A stretch of 64,000 nt of DNA from Methanothrix sp. (GTDB lineage: Archaea > Halobacteriota > Methanosarcinia > Methanotrichales > Methanotrichaceae), in the NCBI GenBank assembly GCA_037128175.1, contig JBAXWY010000004.1, forward strand, positions 64,001-128,000, in the 5' to 3' direction. The notes under the pieces are model-generated. The model was not told the DNA's origin. It ran no database searches and worked only from the letters and a program-made list of their open reading frames with translations. Shown in pieces: positions 8,746-17,901 of this stretch; within the stretch, counting starts at the first letter, position 1; every line of letters starts with the position of its first letter. Both the position numbers and the translations under genes were made by a program.

Positions 8746-8947
8746 TGTTAGAAGCACAGAGGAGATAAGAAGGATCGGGATAGAAGCACTGGCTGAAGCC
8801 CTCGGACCTTTGGATGCCGTTCGCTTCCTGCAAAGCTTCGACCTGGGGAGAGGCGACTATACCAAGGAGCGCTCTCATGTGCTCGGTTTGACATTGGATG
8901 AAATCTTCATGGGTATCGAAAAACGAAGAAATATTGGTTTAGATTAG
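8729..8947 (+). CDS. small protein, putative antitoxin of the upstream PIN gene
   Basis: 72 aa, overlaps the PIN stop; GIEALAEALGPLDAVRFLQSFDLGRGDYTKER is a pattern typical of PIN-partner small proteins. Confidence 0.7.
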   Translation: MSSKTDVRSTEEIRRIGIEALAEALGPLDAVRFLQSFDLGRGDYTKERSHVLGLTLDEIFMGIEKRRNIGLD

Positions 8948-9190
8948 CATAGATTACAGCGGTTCTGATCCGTGTTCTGGGCCAAAAATGCCAGGCACTC
9001 GTATCACTTATCATTCGGCCCCTGCCCACCCGCGGATGCGCGCCTGCCTGGAGCGGCGTGGCATTCGTCGGCAGAAATCAGGGGGAGCGGGTGAAGGGCG
9101 CGGTCGGGCCTTCGCCTGGGGGATCACCACCGTTACGGAGGCGGCCCGAGGGCCTGGGCCACAGGGGCAAGGGCGCTGAGTCGTGGGGAT
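8942..9190 (+). repeat. GC-rich inter-cassette repeat, copy 4
   Basis: GATTAGCATA at the upstream stop (shared with copy 5); GATCCGTGTTCTGGGCC (shared with copy 1); GCAGAAATC 9071-9079; GCAAGGGCGCTG.GTCGTGG tail shared with copy 3. Confidence 0.9.
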
Positions 9191-9304
9191 GCTGGCCAAG
9201 GTTGTTTGGTGTCGGATAGTGAGCGCGGCCAGGATCGTTAGGGACAAGAATTTGTTATGATGACCAGAAATCATTAAAAGAAGGAGTGCAATAGTACTGA
9301 TAAC

Positions 9305-9526
9305 ATGACTGAAGCCGTAATGGTTGATGGAGGTCTCCTTATTCCAAATAGCCTTCTAACGAAGCTTGGCACAGAAAATCTCGAAGTCTTGACCAGAGGT
9401 CGCGAGATTGTGATCCGGCCAAAAACCAAGACCCGGCAGTATTATGGTTTCATGGGGATCACTAAATATGATGAAAAGCTCATCAAAGAGCTAGAGCATG
9501 ATTGGGAAGAGAGTGGCAAAGATTGA
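9305..9526 (+). CDS. AbrB/MazE-like antitoxin (VapB-type)
   Basis: GGLLIPNSLLTKLG...EIVIRP swapped-hairpin pattern; acidic C-terminus; overlaps the PIN start. Confidence 0.75.
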   Translation: MTEAVMVDGGLLIPNSLLTKLGTENLEVLTRGREIVIRPKTKTRQYYGFMGITKYDEKLIKELEHDWEESGKD

Positions 9527-10029
9527 ATCTAGCAGAGTATTCTTCTCAACATCCGATTTTCATCGACGCCAATATATTTCTTGATTACGCGCTTCCCAAC
9601 ATTGAATTTAGCTGCGCAGCCTCCGATTTCTTAGAGCGAGTCGAGCTGCAAGATATAGTTGCCATCACAACTCCTGTCGTCCTAAACGAAGTCTCTTATA
9701 TTCTGCTCCTCCAACAGGGAATGACGATTTTAGATACCGAAAATAGAGATACTGTGAGGAACAAGATTAAGGCAAATGGCCATTTTGCTCATCTGTGCTA
9801 TGATGCAGTCGATACGTTCAATGAATTTATCAGCGGTCTTGATGGCTTGAAATTGACCCCAGTCCAACCTGAGGATTATTTGCTTGCGTCCGATCTGGGA
9901 AGGGCTTACAATTTGCTGCCAATCGATGCACTCCATCTATCTGCAATGAGGCGGGCCCATATCGTGGATATCGCCAGCAGAGATCGGGATTTTGAGCGAG
10001 TCGATGGAATCGTGATCTGGAGTCCGTGA
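9523..10029 (+). CDS. VapC/PIN domain ribonuclease toxin
   Basis: IFIDANIFL, VLNEV, DALHL, ASRDRDF; TTG at 9523 overlaps the antitoxin TGA. Confidence 0.9.
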   Translation: MNLAEYSSQHPIFIDANIFLDYALPNIEFSCAASDFLERVELQDIVAITTPVVLNEVSYILLLQQGMTILDTENRDTVRNKIKANGHFAHLCYDAVDTFNEFISGLDGLKLTPVQPEDYLLASDLGRAYNLLPIDALHLSAMRRAHIVDIASRDRDFERVDGIVIWSP

Positions 10030-10188
10030 TTAGCATATCTCCGGGTCCCGGTCCCGGTTGAAGATGCCCCGTCGGCCCCCCCGCCCACCCACGGGAGCGC
10101 GCTGGCGTGCGGGCGCATGCCTGGGGGCGGCGTGGCAGTTGTCGGCAGAAATCCGGGTGAGCGGGGGAAGGGCGCGGTCGGGCCTTCC
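10028..10188 (+). repeat. GC-rich inter-cassette repeat, copy 5 (truncated after GGGCCTTC)
   Basis: CGCCCACCCACGGGAGCGC; GCAGAAATC 10145-10153; G-tracts 10155-10182; abrupt switch to AT-rich DNA. Confidence 0.9.
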
Positions 10189-10202
10189 TTAAATAGAAAT
10201 TA

Positions 10203-12782
10203 TTAATTTTCTGAAATTATTATATTCCTAATATCTATTCTACCCAAGTTTAATTGTACATACTTGATTAGCTGCTTCTTATGAGTTCTTAACCATGCGG
10301 GATTGTTTCCCCGATGCAACTCAATTTCCAAGGTTACATCTAGACGGTTTGCAGTTTTCTCATTTATTTCTGAAACCGCTTGGCTGTGATAGAAGAAGTT
10401 GATAATTCTTTTCAGCACGCATATATTTATCTCAGAGCTTGGCTTTTCGAAAAATCTTAGTTCTTTTTTGGGTTCATCTAATGGAGATTCCATTTTCTTG
10501 AAATCGATTTCATCCCTGTTTTTTTTATGATTACATTCACTGCATAATGTCTGTAAATTCTCCATCCTTGTTTCGCCATCCATAGAATCTGGCTTTATAT
10601 GGTCCATCTCCAACTTTGCCAAATGCCCATTCTTCCCGCAACAGAGACATGTATTTTCGTCCCTCTTTAGGATTTGTTTTTTCAATTCCAGTTTCTCTTC
10701 AAGTGTCAACTTATTTTTCGGTTTGCTCAATCCGATTTTGATTTCCGGCCATTTTCCGGTACGCTTATGGTAATTGTATGTATTTAGTGCAGCATCAAAT
10801 GCCGTCTTAAATTTAAATAGATCTTCATTATATACATCAACCCATAAATTGCCTTCTTTGTTAAATTCGAGTTCTAGCTCTTCCCATTGCTCATTGTCAT
10901 TTTTCCGTTCTAATTTCTTAACCAAGACATCTAGATCGTATTTTTCTCGATCCTCCATCGGGTAGAATTCAGGAGCTTCGCCATTTTGTGCAATATGTCT
11001 TGCAATTTTCATTAGGCTATTTTCTAGTGCCTCACTAATATTATCTTCACCCAAATCAAAATACTTCGTCATCCAATTATGAATCTTTGGGGCTAACGTC
11101 CTTTCGTCCAATTTTTCATTTGCCCACTCATGCGGTATGTTCCTGGATTCATTCTTTATAAATTTAATAAACTTTTCTTTCGTCTTATTGTAGACCATCA
11201 CATATTCAACGAATGATGGCAACTCTTCATCGCCACTATTATTACCATTTGAGCTAACGACGATCTCTGTCCTATACCATCCTACTGGTATGTACTCTAA
11301 AAACGGGCCGTCATTAAAATTGATGCCACTTTCAATCTGCCTGCTCAACAGTTCAATCAAACGTATTGGTATTAGTTCACGAGGTCGATATCCTCTAACG
11401 ACCGGAGGTTGTTCCTCTTCGCCTTCTGGATGGGCCCAAACATCAATCAATCCCTTCCAGTTGTCCATGAACAGAATAATATTGGCATGGGTCTTATTTG
11501 GACCGCCCCCTGCCTTTTTGCCCCGTAATGCTCTCCCAATCATCTGCGTCATTAAAATAGGACTAGTCGTTTGTCTCGTGAGCATTACCGTCTTGACATC
11601 AGGGACATCGACACCTTCTGTAAGCATGCGAACATTCGCCAGCACATCATATTTTCCATCCCTAAATTCTTTTATAATCAATTCGGCATCTGGCGTTTTG
11701 TGGGAATCTTTATCGACTTTAGAATAAATGGCTTCGGATTTTATATTAGTATTGCTCAAGCCATTCTTGGTCCGAATTGATCTGACGAGATTCTTATCAT
11801 TTAATTTGCTCTTAAAATATTCACATTGAAACCATCTATCTGCAAAAATTATCGTCTTCCCATATTCTTCACTATTCTTTATATAGTCTGCTATTATAAA
11901 ATCATTTCGTTCATGATCATCAGCTAATTTTTCAATTATATCTTCACGCAAATCTTTATGTTCTCGGACAAGTCGATCTCTGAGGTCGTCATCAACTTCA
12001 AAATCTCTACCAGTCGGCTTAGGAAGATACCTGGGGTTTGCAAGAATATTTTGTGCAATCAAATCCGCCTTTTTGGCTTCATATATAATCTTTTGATTAA
12101 AAATTTTAAAAAGCCAGCCGCTGATTTTCTTTTCAGTATGAGTAGGTGTTGCAGTTAGCCCCAGAACACAAGGCGTTTTAATAATCTCTTTGATGCCCAT
12201 TAGAAGTGTTCGACAACCATAAGCGGGCGCATGATGGGCTTCATCAAGTACAACAAAAAGTCCAGTGTCAACACAACTTTTTATGTATTTTTTAAATTGG
12301 GTTTCTGTTTTCTTTCCTTTTCCATCTTCTGGCTTTGCGTTAAAATAATTGATTGCCGTTTGGGTTGTGACAATTAGAACATCATCTGTCTCCTTGATGG
12401 ATGACGCTTTAGATTGGGATGGATTGCTTGATACAACTCTTATATTCAATGTATTCCTTGTACGAGGTATCTCAATGGCATTGTCTAAAAAAGACTTGCT
12501 TGCCTGATCCAACAAATACGAAGACTGGGCCAACCAAAGAACTTTTATTTTTTTTGGAATAACGTTCCTGCATATCCAATTGATTGCCGTAAAAGTTTTC
12601 CCGGCCCCGGTAGGGAGCACTAACAGCCCGCCAGTGTATTCGTTCGAAGGGAGCAAAAAAGTACTGCTCAATTTTTTAAACGCTTTCTTTTGATGTGGAA
12701 ATGGCTCTTTTGGCAAGTATTCTGAGTTGTCTTTTCTTAATTTTTTAAGATCGATTGATTCATATTGGAGCTTGTTTTCCAT
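10203..12782 (-). CDS. SF2 DEAH helicase (ResIII-like) with C-terminal HNH endonuclease; putative defence protein
   Basis: LPTGAGKT, DEAHH, LGLTATP, QMIGRALR; CLCCG..LEMDHIKP..G...ENLQTLCSECNHKK HNH; markedly AT-rich; ATG 12782 preferred. Confidence 0.9.
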   Translation of the reverse strand: MENKLQYESIDLKKLRKDNSEYLPKEPFPHQKKAFKKLSSTFLLPSNEYTGGLLVLPTGAGKTFTAINWICRNVIPKKIKVLWLAQSSYLLDQASKSFLDNAIEIPRTRNTLNIRVVSSNPSQSKASSIKETDDVLIVTTQTAINYFNAKPEDGKGKKTETQFKKYIKSCVDTGLFVVLDEAHHAPAYGCRTLLMGIKEIIKTPCVLGLTATPTHTEKKISGWLFKIFNQKIIYEAKKADLIAQNILANPRYLPKPTGRDFEVDDDLRDRLVREHKDLREDIIEKLADDHERNDFIIADYIKNSEEYGKTIIFADRWFQCEYFKSKLNDKNLVRSIRTKNGLSNTNIKSEAIYSKVDKDSHKTPDAELIIKEFRDGKYDVLANVRMLTEGVDVPDVKTVMLTRQTTSPILMTQMIGRALRGKKAGGGPNKTHANIILFMDNWKGLIDVWAHPEGEEEQPPVVRGYRPRELIPIRLIELLSRQIESGINFNDGPFLEYIPVGWYRTEIVVSSNGNNSGDEELPSFVEYVMVYNKTKEKFIKFIKNESRNIPHEWANEKLDERTLAPKIHNWMTKYFDLGEDNISEALENSLMKIARHIAQNGEAPEFYPMEDREKYDLDVLVKKLERKNDNEQWEELELEFNKEGNLWVDVYNEDLFKFKTAFDAALNTYNYHKRTGKWPEIKIGLSKPKNKLTLEEKLELKKQILKRDENTCLCCGKNGHLAKLEMDHIKPDSMDGETRMENLQTLCSECNHKKNRDEIDFKKMESPLDEPKKELRFFEKPSSEINICVLKRIINFFYHSQAVSEINEKTANRLDVTLEIELHRGNNPAWLRTHKKQLIKYVQLNLGRIDIRNIIISEN

Positions 12783-12894
12783 CCCAGTCACTACTAGTGC
12801 AAATCCTCCCCAGCCATATAATCTTATCGGAAAATTACAGATGCGACACATCTAATACAAAAGACAATGATGTCATCGCTTTCACAAACCCCAG

Positions 12895-13075
12895 GAACGG
12901 CAGAGATTGCCTCGTCTCCCCGTGGGCCTTCGTCCACCCGCGGGAGCACACGCACAGGCACGGGGGCGGGCGCGTGCCTTGGTCGGTGGCAATCGTCGGC
13001 AGAAATCAGGGGGGTTGGGAGGAGGAAGACGCGGTCGGCCCTCTCACCCGGAGAGAGCGCCGCCGATCCGGGACA
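12895..13075 (+). repeat. GC-rich inter-cassette repeat, copy 6
   Basis: CACCCGCGGGAGCAC..GGCACGGGGGCGGGCGCGTGCC; GCAGAAATC 12999-13007; GCGGTCGGCCCTC. Confidence 0.9.
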
Positions 13076-13164
13076 GCTCACCGCCGCGCCGACCTGCATG
13101 GATCTCTAAATTGAGAAATCTATTTTTAGAGGCAGGGGCGTATTAGTAATGTTTGGTGAGATAG

Positions 13165-13377
13165 ATGGAGGTTCTTGTTAAGAAAGGCGGGATAATTGAG
13201 CTTCCGAGTTCAATATTATCTGAGATCGACCTTTGTGAAGGCAAACGAGTAGCTCTGAGCGTGAAAGGTGGAGAATTGCTCGTCAAGCCGATAAAAAGTC
13301 TTACTGATCAACTTATTGGCTCAATCCGATTCGATGATCAAAAACTTATAGAAGAGATAATCGAATCAGAGGATTAG
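13165..13377 (+). CDS. AbrB/MazE-like antitoxin
   Basis: VKKGGIIELPSSIL...GELLVKP; acidic tail; directly upstream of a PIN gene. Confidence 0.8.
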   Translation: MEVLVKKGGIIELPSSILSEIDLCEGKRVALSVKGGELLVKPIKSLTDQLIGSIRFDDQKLIEEIIESED

Positions 13378-13379
13378 CT

Positions 13380-13886
13380 GTGATTAGCTCTCTGGATTTG
13401 CTTGCGCCCCAATCCAAGATATTTATAGATACAAACATATTTTTGTATGGCGCCATGGACTATTCAAAATACCGAGCTACATGTCGTACGTTCCTGCAAA
13501 ATATTGAATCCGGCACTTATTTTGCAGCCACTTCTGTCCAGGTTTTAAATGAGATCGTCCACAAGCTCATTCTCGCCGAGACCACAAAGACATATCGTTT
13601 GCGAAGCTAGAGCGAAGCCAAGAAGCTAATAGAAGACAAGCCGGAAACGATCTCAAGCCTTACGAGGGTCTGGAAGACCTACGCTGTAATTAGAGCATAT
13701 CCTTTGGTCATCTACAGCATCGATAAGGCCACAATGGATATGGCCGCAGATCTCTCAAGCAGGTATGGGCTCTTCATATCCGATGCATCTCACCTGGCAG
13801 TCATGAAAATGAACGGCATTTCCAATATCGTTACTAATGACAACGATTTTCAGCTAGCAGAAGACATCAGCATTTACAAACCATAA
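13380..13886 (+). pseudogene. VapC/PIN toxin interrupted by an in-frame TAG at 13608-13610
   Basis: IFIDTNIFL and VLNEI before the stop; the same frame continues to DASHL and VTNDNDF; total 507 nt, equal to the paralog 9523..10029. Confidence 0.85.
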
Positions 13887-14025
13887 CGGCATCTGCCCGT
13901 CTTCGTTCCCCGATTGCGGCGACGCTCGCGCCCGCGAGCGTGCGCTGGCGCCTGCCTGGGGCAGCGTGGCAGTCGGCGGCAGAAATCAGGGGGAGCGGGG
14001 GAAGGGCGCGGTCGGGCCCTCGCCC
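13885..14025 (+). repeat. GC-rich inter-cassette repeat, copy 7 (truncated after GGGCCCTCGCC)
   Basis: GCCTGCCTGGGGCAGCGTGGCAGTCGGCGGCAGAAATCAGGGGGAGCGGGGGAAGGGCGCGGTCGGGCCCTCGCC; core at 13979-13987. Confidence 0.9.
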
Positions 14026-14123
14026 TAATAATGAATTGTGGTCGCGTTCGGATTATGTGATGCCATTTATTTCATCAGTCGATAATTTATAGAACTAATA
14101 ACAACTCTATATGGGTTGTGTTG

Positions 14124-16262
14124 ATGACAAAACCAGAAGATAACTCATTGTCTGCTGATAGGGCGTTAGTAGACCCTGATAAAGATCAATTGGGCTATTC
14201 ATCATTTGCAGAACATATATCTAAAATAATTAGCAGTATGGAGCCCTATGACGGATTCGTCATTGCTATCTATGGACCTTGGGGGTCGGGGAAAACTACT
14301 TTGCTAAATTTTGTAAATCACTATCTAAGTCATGCTAATGAAAATGAACCGCCAGTTGTAGTGAGTTTTAATCCGTGGTGGTTTTCTGGCCACGAAGATT
14401 TAACGATACGTTTCTTCTATCAGCTGCAGGCTATCTTGAGCAAGGGAAAGTTCTCAATGAATGATTTAACAAAACAAATGGCAGATTTTGCAGACATTGT
14501 TTCAGATATCCCTATACCATATGCTTCAACCGGAAAAGTAGTATCAAAAATAATTCGCGCAAGGCAAAAAGATATAAATGAATTAAAAAATAATATTTCT
14601 AGATCATTGAAAAAGCAAAACAAGAAGATACTTGTTACAATCGACGACATCGACAGATTGACTCCAGAAGAAATTAGGCAAATATTCAGAGTCGTAAAGG
14701 CAATCGCAGATTTTCCTAATATAATCTATTTAATGGCTTTTGATAAAAGGATAGCCATTAAGGCTTTATCCGAACAAAATGGTTTATCTGGTGAAGAATA
14801 CCTTGAAAAAATCGTTCAACTACCTTTAGAATTACCCCCGCCAGACGAAGCATCTTTCCGATCGATGTTTTTTGGAAAATTAAATAAAATTTTAGGGGAT
14901 ATTCCCGAAGAAGAATTTGATAAAAAATATTGGGAAGAGATTTATTGGAGGGGGTTAGATCGCCTTATCTTCACCCCTCGAGACATAGTTCGTCTCACGA
15001 ATACTCTGAGCATCACTTATCCACTTGTCAAAGGCGAAGTAAATCCGGTAGATTTTATTGCTCTAGAATCAATTAAGATTTTTTGTCCAATAGTTTATAA
15101 TTCTATATCAAACGAGTCTCGAATGTTCATAGGAGTAATTGATGAATATGGATTTAGAGGAGCTCCAAGTCTGGAAGATCACAAGAGCTTTCTTAATTTA
15201 TTATTCGAAAAAGTAGACGACAGAATCAAAGAACCGATTAAGCGTCTTTTAAACCTAATGTTCCCAAAACTGCGAAAAATTTATAGTGATAATAAGAATT
15301 TTTTCGCAGATCAATCCGTGTGCAGAAAGCAACTTCGTATATGCAGCCCAGACATATTTCCAATATATTTCCGATTAGCAATTCCAAAAGGAAGCATATC
15401 AACAATGGAAATAGGTTCAATACTTGCTTTCGCGAGAGATTCGAGGTTATTTGGTTTGAAGCTTTCAGAATTAACTACTATAAAAAGGCCAGATGGTACA
15501 ACTATGGCCAAAGCATTTATTGATCGCCTTAACGACTATACAGATGAGAAAATATTGCTCGAAGAAATACCTACCATAACCAGAGCGCTATTCGAAATGG
15601 GCGATAAATTGCTCGTTCCAGAAGATGAACCACAGGTCGGATTAGAATTATCTTCCGATGCTAAGTTAAGATTTTTGATACGAGATCTCTTATCACGTTT
15701 GGATAAAAAAACAAGATCCGACTTATTAAAGCAAGCCATCACTGAGGGTCATGCTCTTACAATTATCGTTGAATTTGTCGCAATGCTTGATCATGAACAT
15801 GGCAGATTCGATGGAAGTAGTATACTCTCAGAAGAGACTAGAATTGTCGGAGAAGATTGTCTAGACGAATTTGAAGGTATTGCTGTTGAAAAAGTGAATG
15901 AAGCAATTAAAAATGGCAACCTATTAAATGCTAAAAATTTGCCGTCTATCTTGTATTACTGGCATAATTGGCGAAAAGAACAAGTAGTAGGTTGGATTCA
16001 GCAAATCGCAACAGATGACAATAATTTAGTTACATTTTTAGAGAAATTTGTCGCGAAGAGCTATACAAATCTTGGAATCAAATACTTCCTCGATCCAGAT
16101 TCGATAAAGCCATTTATCGATCCCGCCCAAATCATTGATCGAATTCGGACAATTTCGGAAAAAGAAGATCTGAATGAAGGTCAAAGAGCTGCAATTAATT
16201 ATTTCATTCATGGATATGAATTAAAACAGCAGGGCAAAAGCCCAAGCTGGTTCGCAGAATGA
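14124..16262 (+). CDS. KAP family P-loop NTPase (PifA-like), putative defence protein
   Basis: DQLG N-terminal motif, IAIYGPWGSGKT Walker A, FNPWWFS, VTIDDIDRL Walker B, YLEKIVQLP, TPRDIVR; AT-rich. Confidence 0.9.
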   Translation: MTKPEDNSLSADRALVDPDKDQLGYSSFAEHISKIISSMEPYDGFVIAIYGPWGSGKTTLLNFVNHYLSHANENEPPVVVSFNPWWFSGHEDLTIRFFYQLQAILSKGKFSMNDLTKQMADFADIVSDIPIPYASTGKVVSKIIRARQKDINELKNNISRSLKKQNKKILVTIDDIDRLTPEEIRQIFRVVKAIADFPNIIYLMAFDKRIAIKALSEQNGLSGEEYLEKIVQLPLELPPPDEASFRSMFFGKLNKILGDIPEEEFDKKYWEEIYWRGLDRLIFTPRDIVRLTNTLSITYPLVKGEVNPVDFIALESIKIFCPIVYNSISNESRMFIGVIDEYGFRGAPSLEDHKSFLNLLFEKVDDRIKEPIKRLLNLMFPKLRKIYSDNKNFFADQSVCRKQLRICSPDIFPIYFRLAIPKGSISTMEIGSILAFARDSRLFGLKLSELTTIKRPDGTTMAKAFIDRLNDYTDEKILLEEIPTITRALFEMGDKLLVPEDEPQVGLELSSDAKLRFLIRDLLSRLDKKTRSDLLKQAITEGHALTIIVEFVAMLDHEHGRFDGSSILSEETRIVGEDCLDEFEGIAVEKVNEAIKNGNLLNAKNLPSILYYWHNWRKEQVVGWIQQIATDDNNLVTFLEKFVAKSYTNLGIKYFLDPDSIKPFIDPAQIIDRIRTISEKEDLNEGQRAAINYFIHGYELKQQGKSPSWFAE

Positions 16263-16280
16263 TTTAGAAACGGAATGAAG

Positions 16281-17891
16281 TCAAGGGCCGGACCTACTTT
16301 TCCCCTTCATCGCTTCCACAAAAGCCAGGAACGGCGGCGACGGCTTGCCCGGTCTGGACTTCATCTCCGGGTGGAACTGCGAAGCAAAGAAGAAGGGATG
16401 CTCGGCGATCTCGCAGATCTCCATCAAATCCCCGTTGGTGCCCGAGAAGATCATGCCCTTCTCCTCAATCTGGGCGATGTAAGCGGGATTAACCTCGTAG
16501 CGGTGCCGGTGCCTCTCCACGATCTCGTCTGTTCCGTAAATCCTGTGCGCCAGGCTGCCCGCTTTCAAATGGGCGGGATAGTTGCCTAACCTCATCGTCG
16601 CGCCCATGTGCCTGATCTTCTCCTGCTCCGGGAGAAGGGCAATCACTGGATTGGGCGTGGCCCCAAACTCCGTGCTGCTAGCGCCCTGCAGGCCGCAGAC
16701 GTTGCGGGCGTACTCGATTACAGCGAGCTGCATTCCGAAGCATATCCCCAGGTAGGGAACCTTCATCTCCCGGGCGTACTGCACGGCCTTCATCTTGCCC
16801 TCTGTCCCGCGGAACCCAAAGCCGCCCGGAACCAGTATGCCGTCCGCGTCTCTCAGGATGATATCCGCCGAGCCGTGCTCCAGCTCCTCGGCATCGATCC
16901 ACTGCACATCAATCTTCACCCCGGCCTCAATGCCGGCGTGCTTGAGGGACTCCCGAATGGAAAGGTAAGCATCCTCCATGGGGTCAGCACACTGCGAGCC
17001 CACGGTGTACTTGCCCACGATGGCCACCTTGACGATGCCCTCGGCTGCGTCCATCTTCTGCACGAACTCGTCCCAGTCTTTCCGCTCTTCCAGGGGGAAG
17101 AGCCGCATGGCCTTCATCAGATACCTGGCCAGGCCCTCCGCCTCCATCTGCAAGGGAACGCGGTAAATGTCGTCGGAATTGTGGGCGCTGATTACGGCCT
17201 CCATAGGCACATCGCAGAAGTGGGCGATCTTGTGCTTGGTCTCCTCCAGGAGGGGGCGCTCGCATCTTACTACGATCATGTCCGGCTGCAAACCCAGCTG
17301 GCGCATCTCTTTCACGCTGTGCTGAGTGGGCTTGGTCTTCTGCTCGCCATCCATGGTGGAAGGGGCGAGGGTGACATGCACAAAGAAGATGTTGCCCGTC
17401 TCTTCATACTTGAGCTGGCGCATGGCCTCCAGGAAGGGCATGGACTCGATGTCGCCCACCGTCCCACCCACCTCGATCAGACATATCTCGCAGCCTCCGT
17501 CCCGGGAAACCTGGCGAATGCGTCTCTTGATCTCTTCGGTGATGTGGGGGATGATCTGCACCGTCTTGCCCAGATACTCGCCTCTGCGCTCTTTTTCGAT
17601 GACAGTGCTGTAAACCTTGCCGGTGGTGATGTTGTGGTCGCGGGTCAGTTCCACATCTAAAAAGCGTTCGTAGTTGCCCAGATCAAGGTCCACCTCGCCC
17701 CCATCCTTGAGGACATAAACCTCTCCATGCTGGAATGGGCTCATGAGTCCGGCATCGATGTTGATGTAAGGATCAATTTTAATGGCTGTAACCTTATAGC
17801 CCCTGTTCATGAGCAGCCTGCCGATGGACGCCGCAGTAATGCCCTTGCCAAGGCCGCTCATAACCCCGCCTGTGACCACGATATATCTCAT
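16281..17891 (-). CDS. pyrG: CTP synthase
   Basis: [49 protein letters not shown]. Confidence 0.98.
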   Translation of the reverse strand: MRYIVVTGGVMSGLGKGITAASIGRLLMNRGYKVTAIKIDPYINIDAGLMSPFQHGEVYVLKDGGEVDLDLGNYERFLDVELTRDHNITTGKVYSTVIEKERRGEYLGKTVQIIPHITEEIKRRIRQVSRDGGCEICLIEVGGTVGDIESMPFLEAMRQLKYEETGNIFFVHVTLAPSTMDGEQKTKPTQHSVKEMRQLGLQPDMIVVRCERPLLEETKHKIAHFCDVPMEAVISAHNSDDIYRVPLQMEAEGLARYLMKAMRLFPLEERKDWDEFVQKMDAAEGIVKVAIVGKYTVGSQCADPMEDAYLSIRESLKHAGIEAGVKIDVQWIDAEELEHGSADIILRDADGILVPGGFGFRGTEGKMKAVQYAREMKVPYLGICFGMQLAVIEYARNVCGLQGASSTEFGATPNPVIALLPEQEKIRHMGATMRLGNYPAHLKAGSLAHRIYGTDEIVERHRHRYEVNPAYIAQIEEKGMIFSGTNGDLMEICEIAEHPFFFASQFHPEMKSRPGKPSPPFLAFVEAMKGKSRSGP

Positions 17892-17901
17892 AAATTACAT
17901 C

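Noticed and set aside
12824-13146. ORFs over repeat copies (also 6809..7009, 7963..8291, 8988..9274, 9906..10118), including an LISADDCHR string resembling a DExH motif
   Set aside because: These are R/G/A/P-rich translations of GC-rich DNA; indels between copies do not preserve any frame.
5455-14025. The repeats as a CRISPR array
   Set aside because: Units are long and diverged, spacing is 1-3 kb with whole genes in between, and no cas genes are present.
5455-14025. The repeats as canonical integron attC sites
   Set aside because: I found no consistent RYYYAAC...GTTRRRY pair bracketing the copies and no IntI in the window; only the overall layout is similar. A covariance-model search is still needed.
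1342-16280. Provirus or integrative element between truA and pyrG
   Set aside because: No integrase, structural or replication genes, and no flanking direct repeats recognised.
16608-17660. Long antisense ORFs (350 aa opposite pyrG; likewise 454..1353, 20561..21361, 41950..42930, 43202..44143)
   Set aside because: Shadow frames of GC3-rich housekeeping genes with no motifs of their own.
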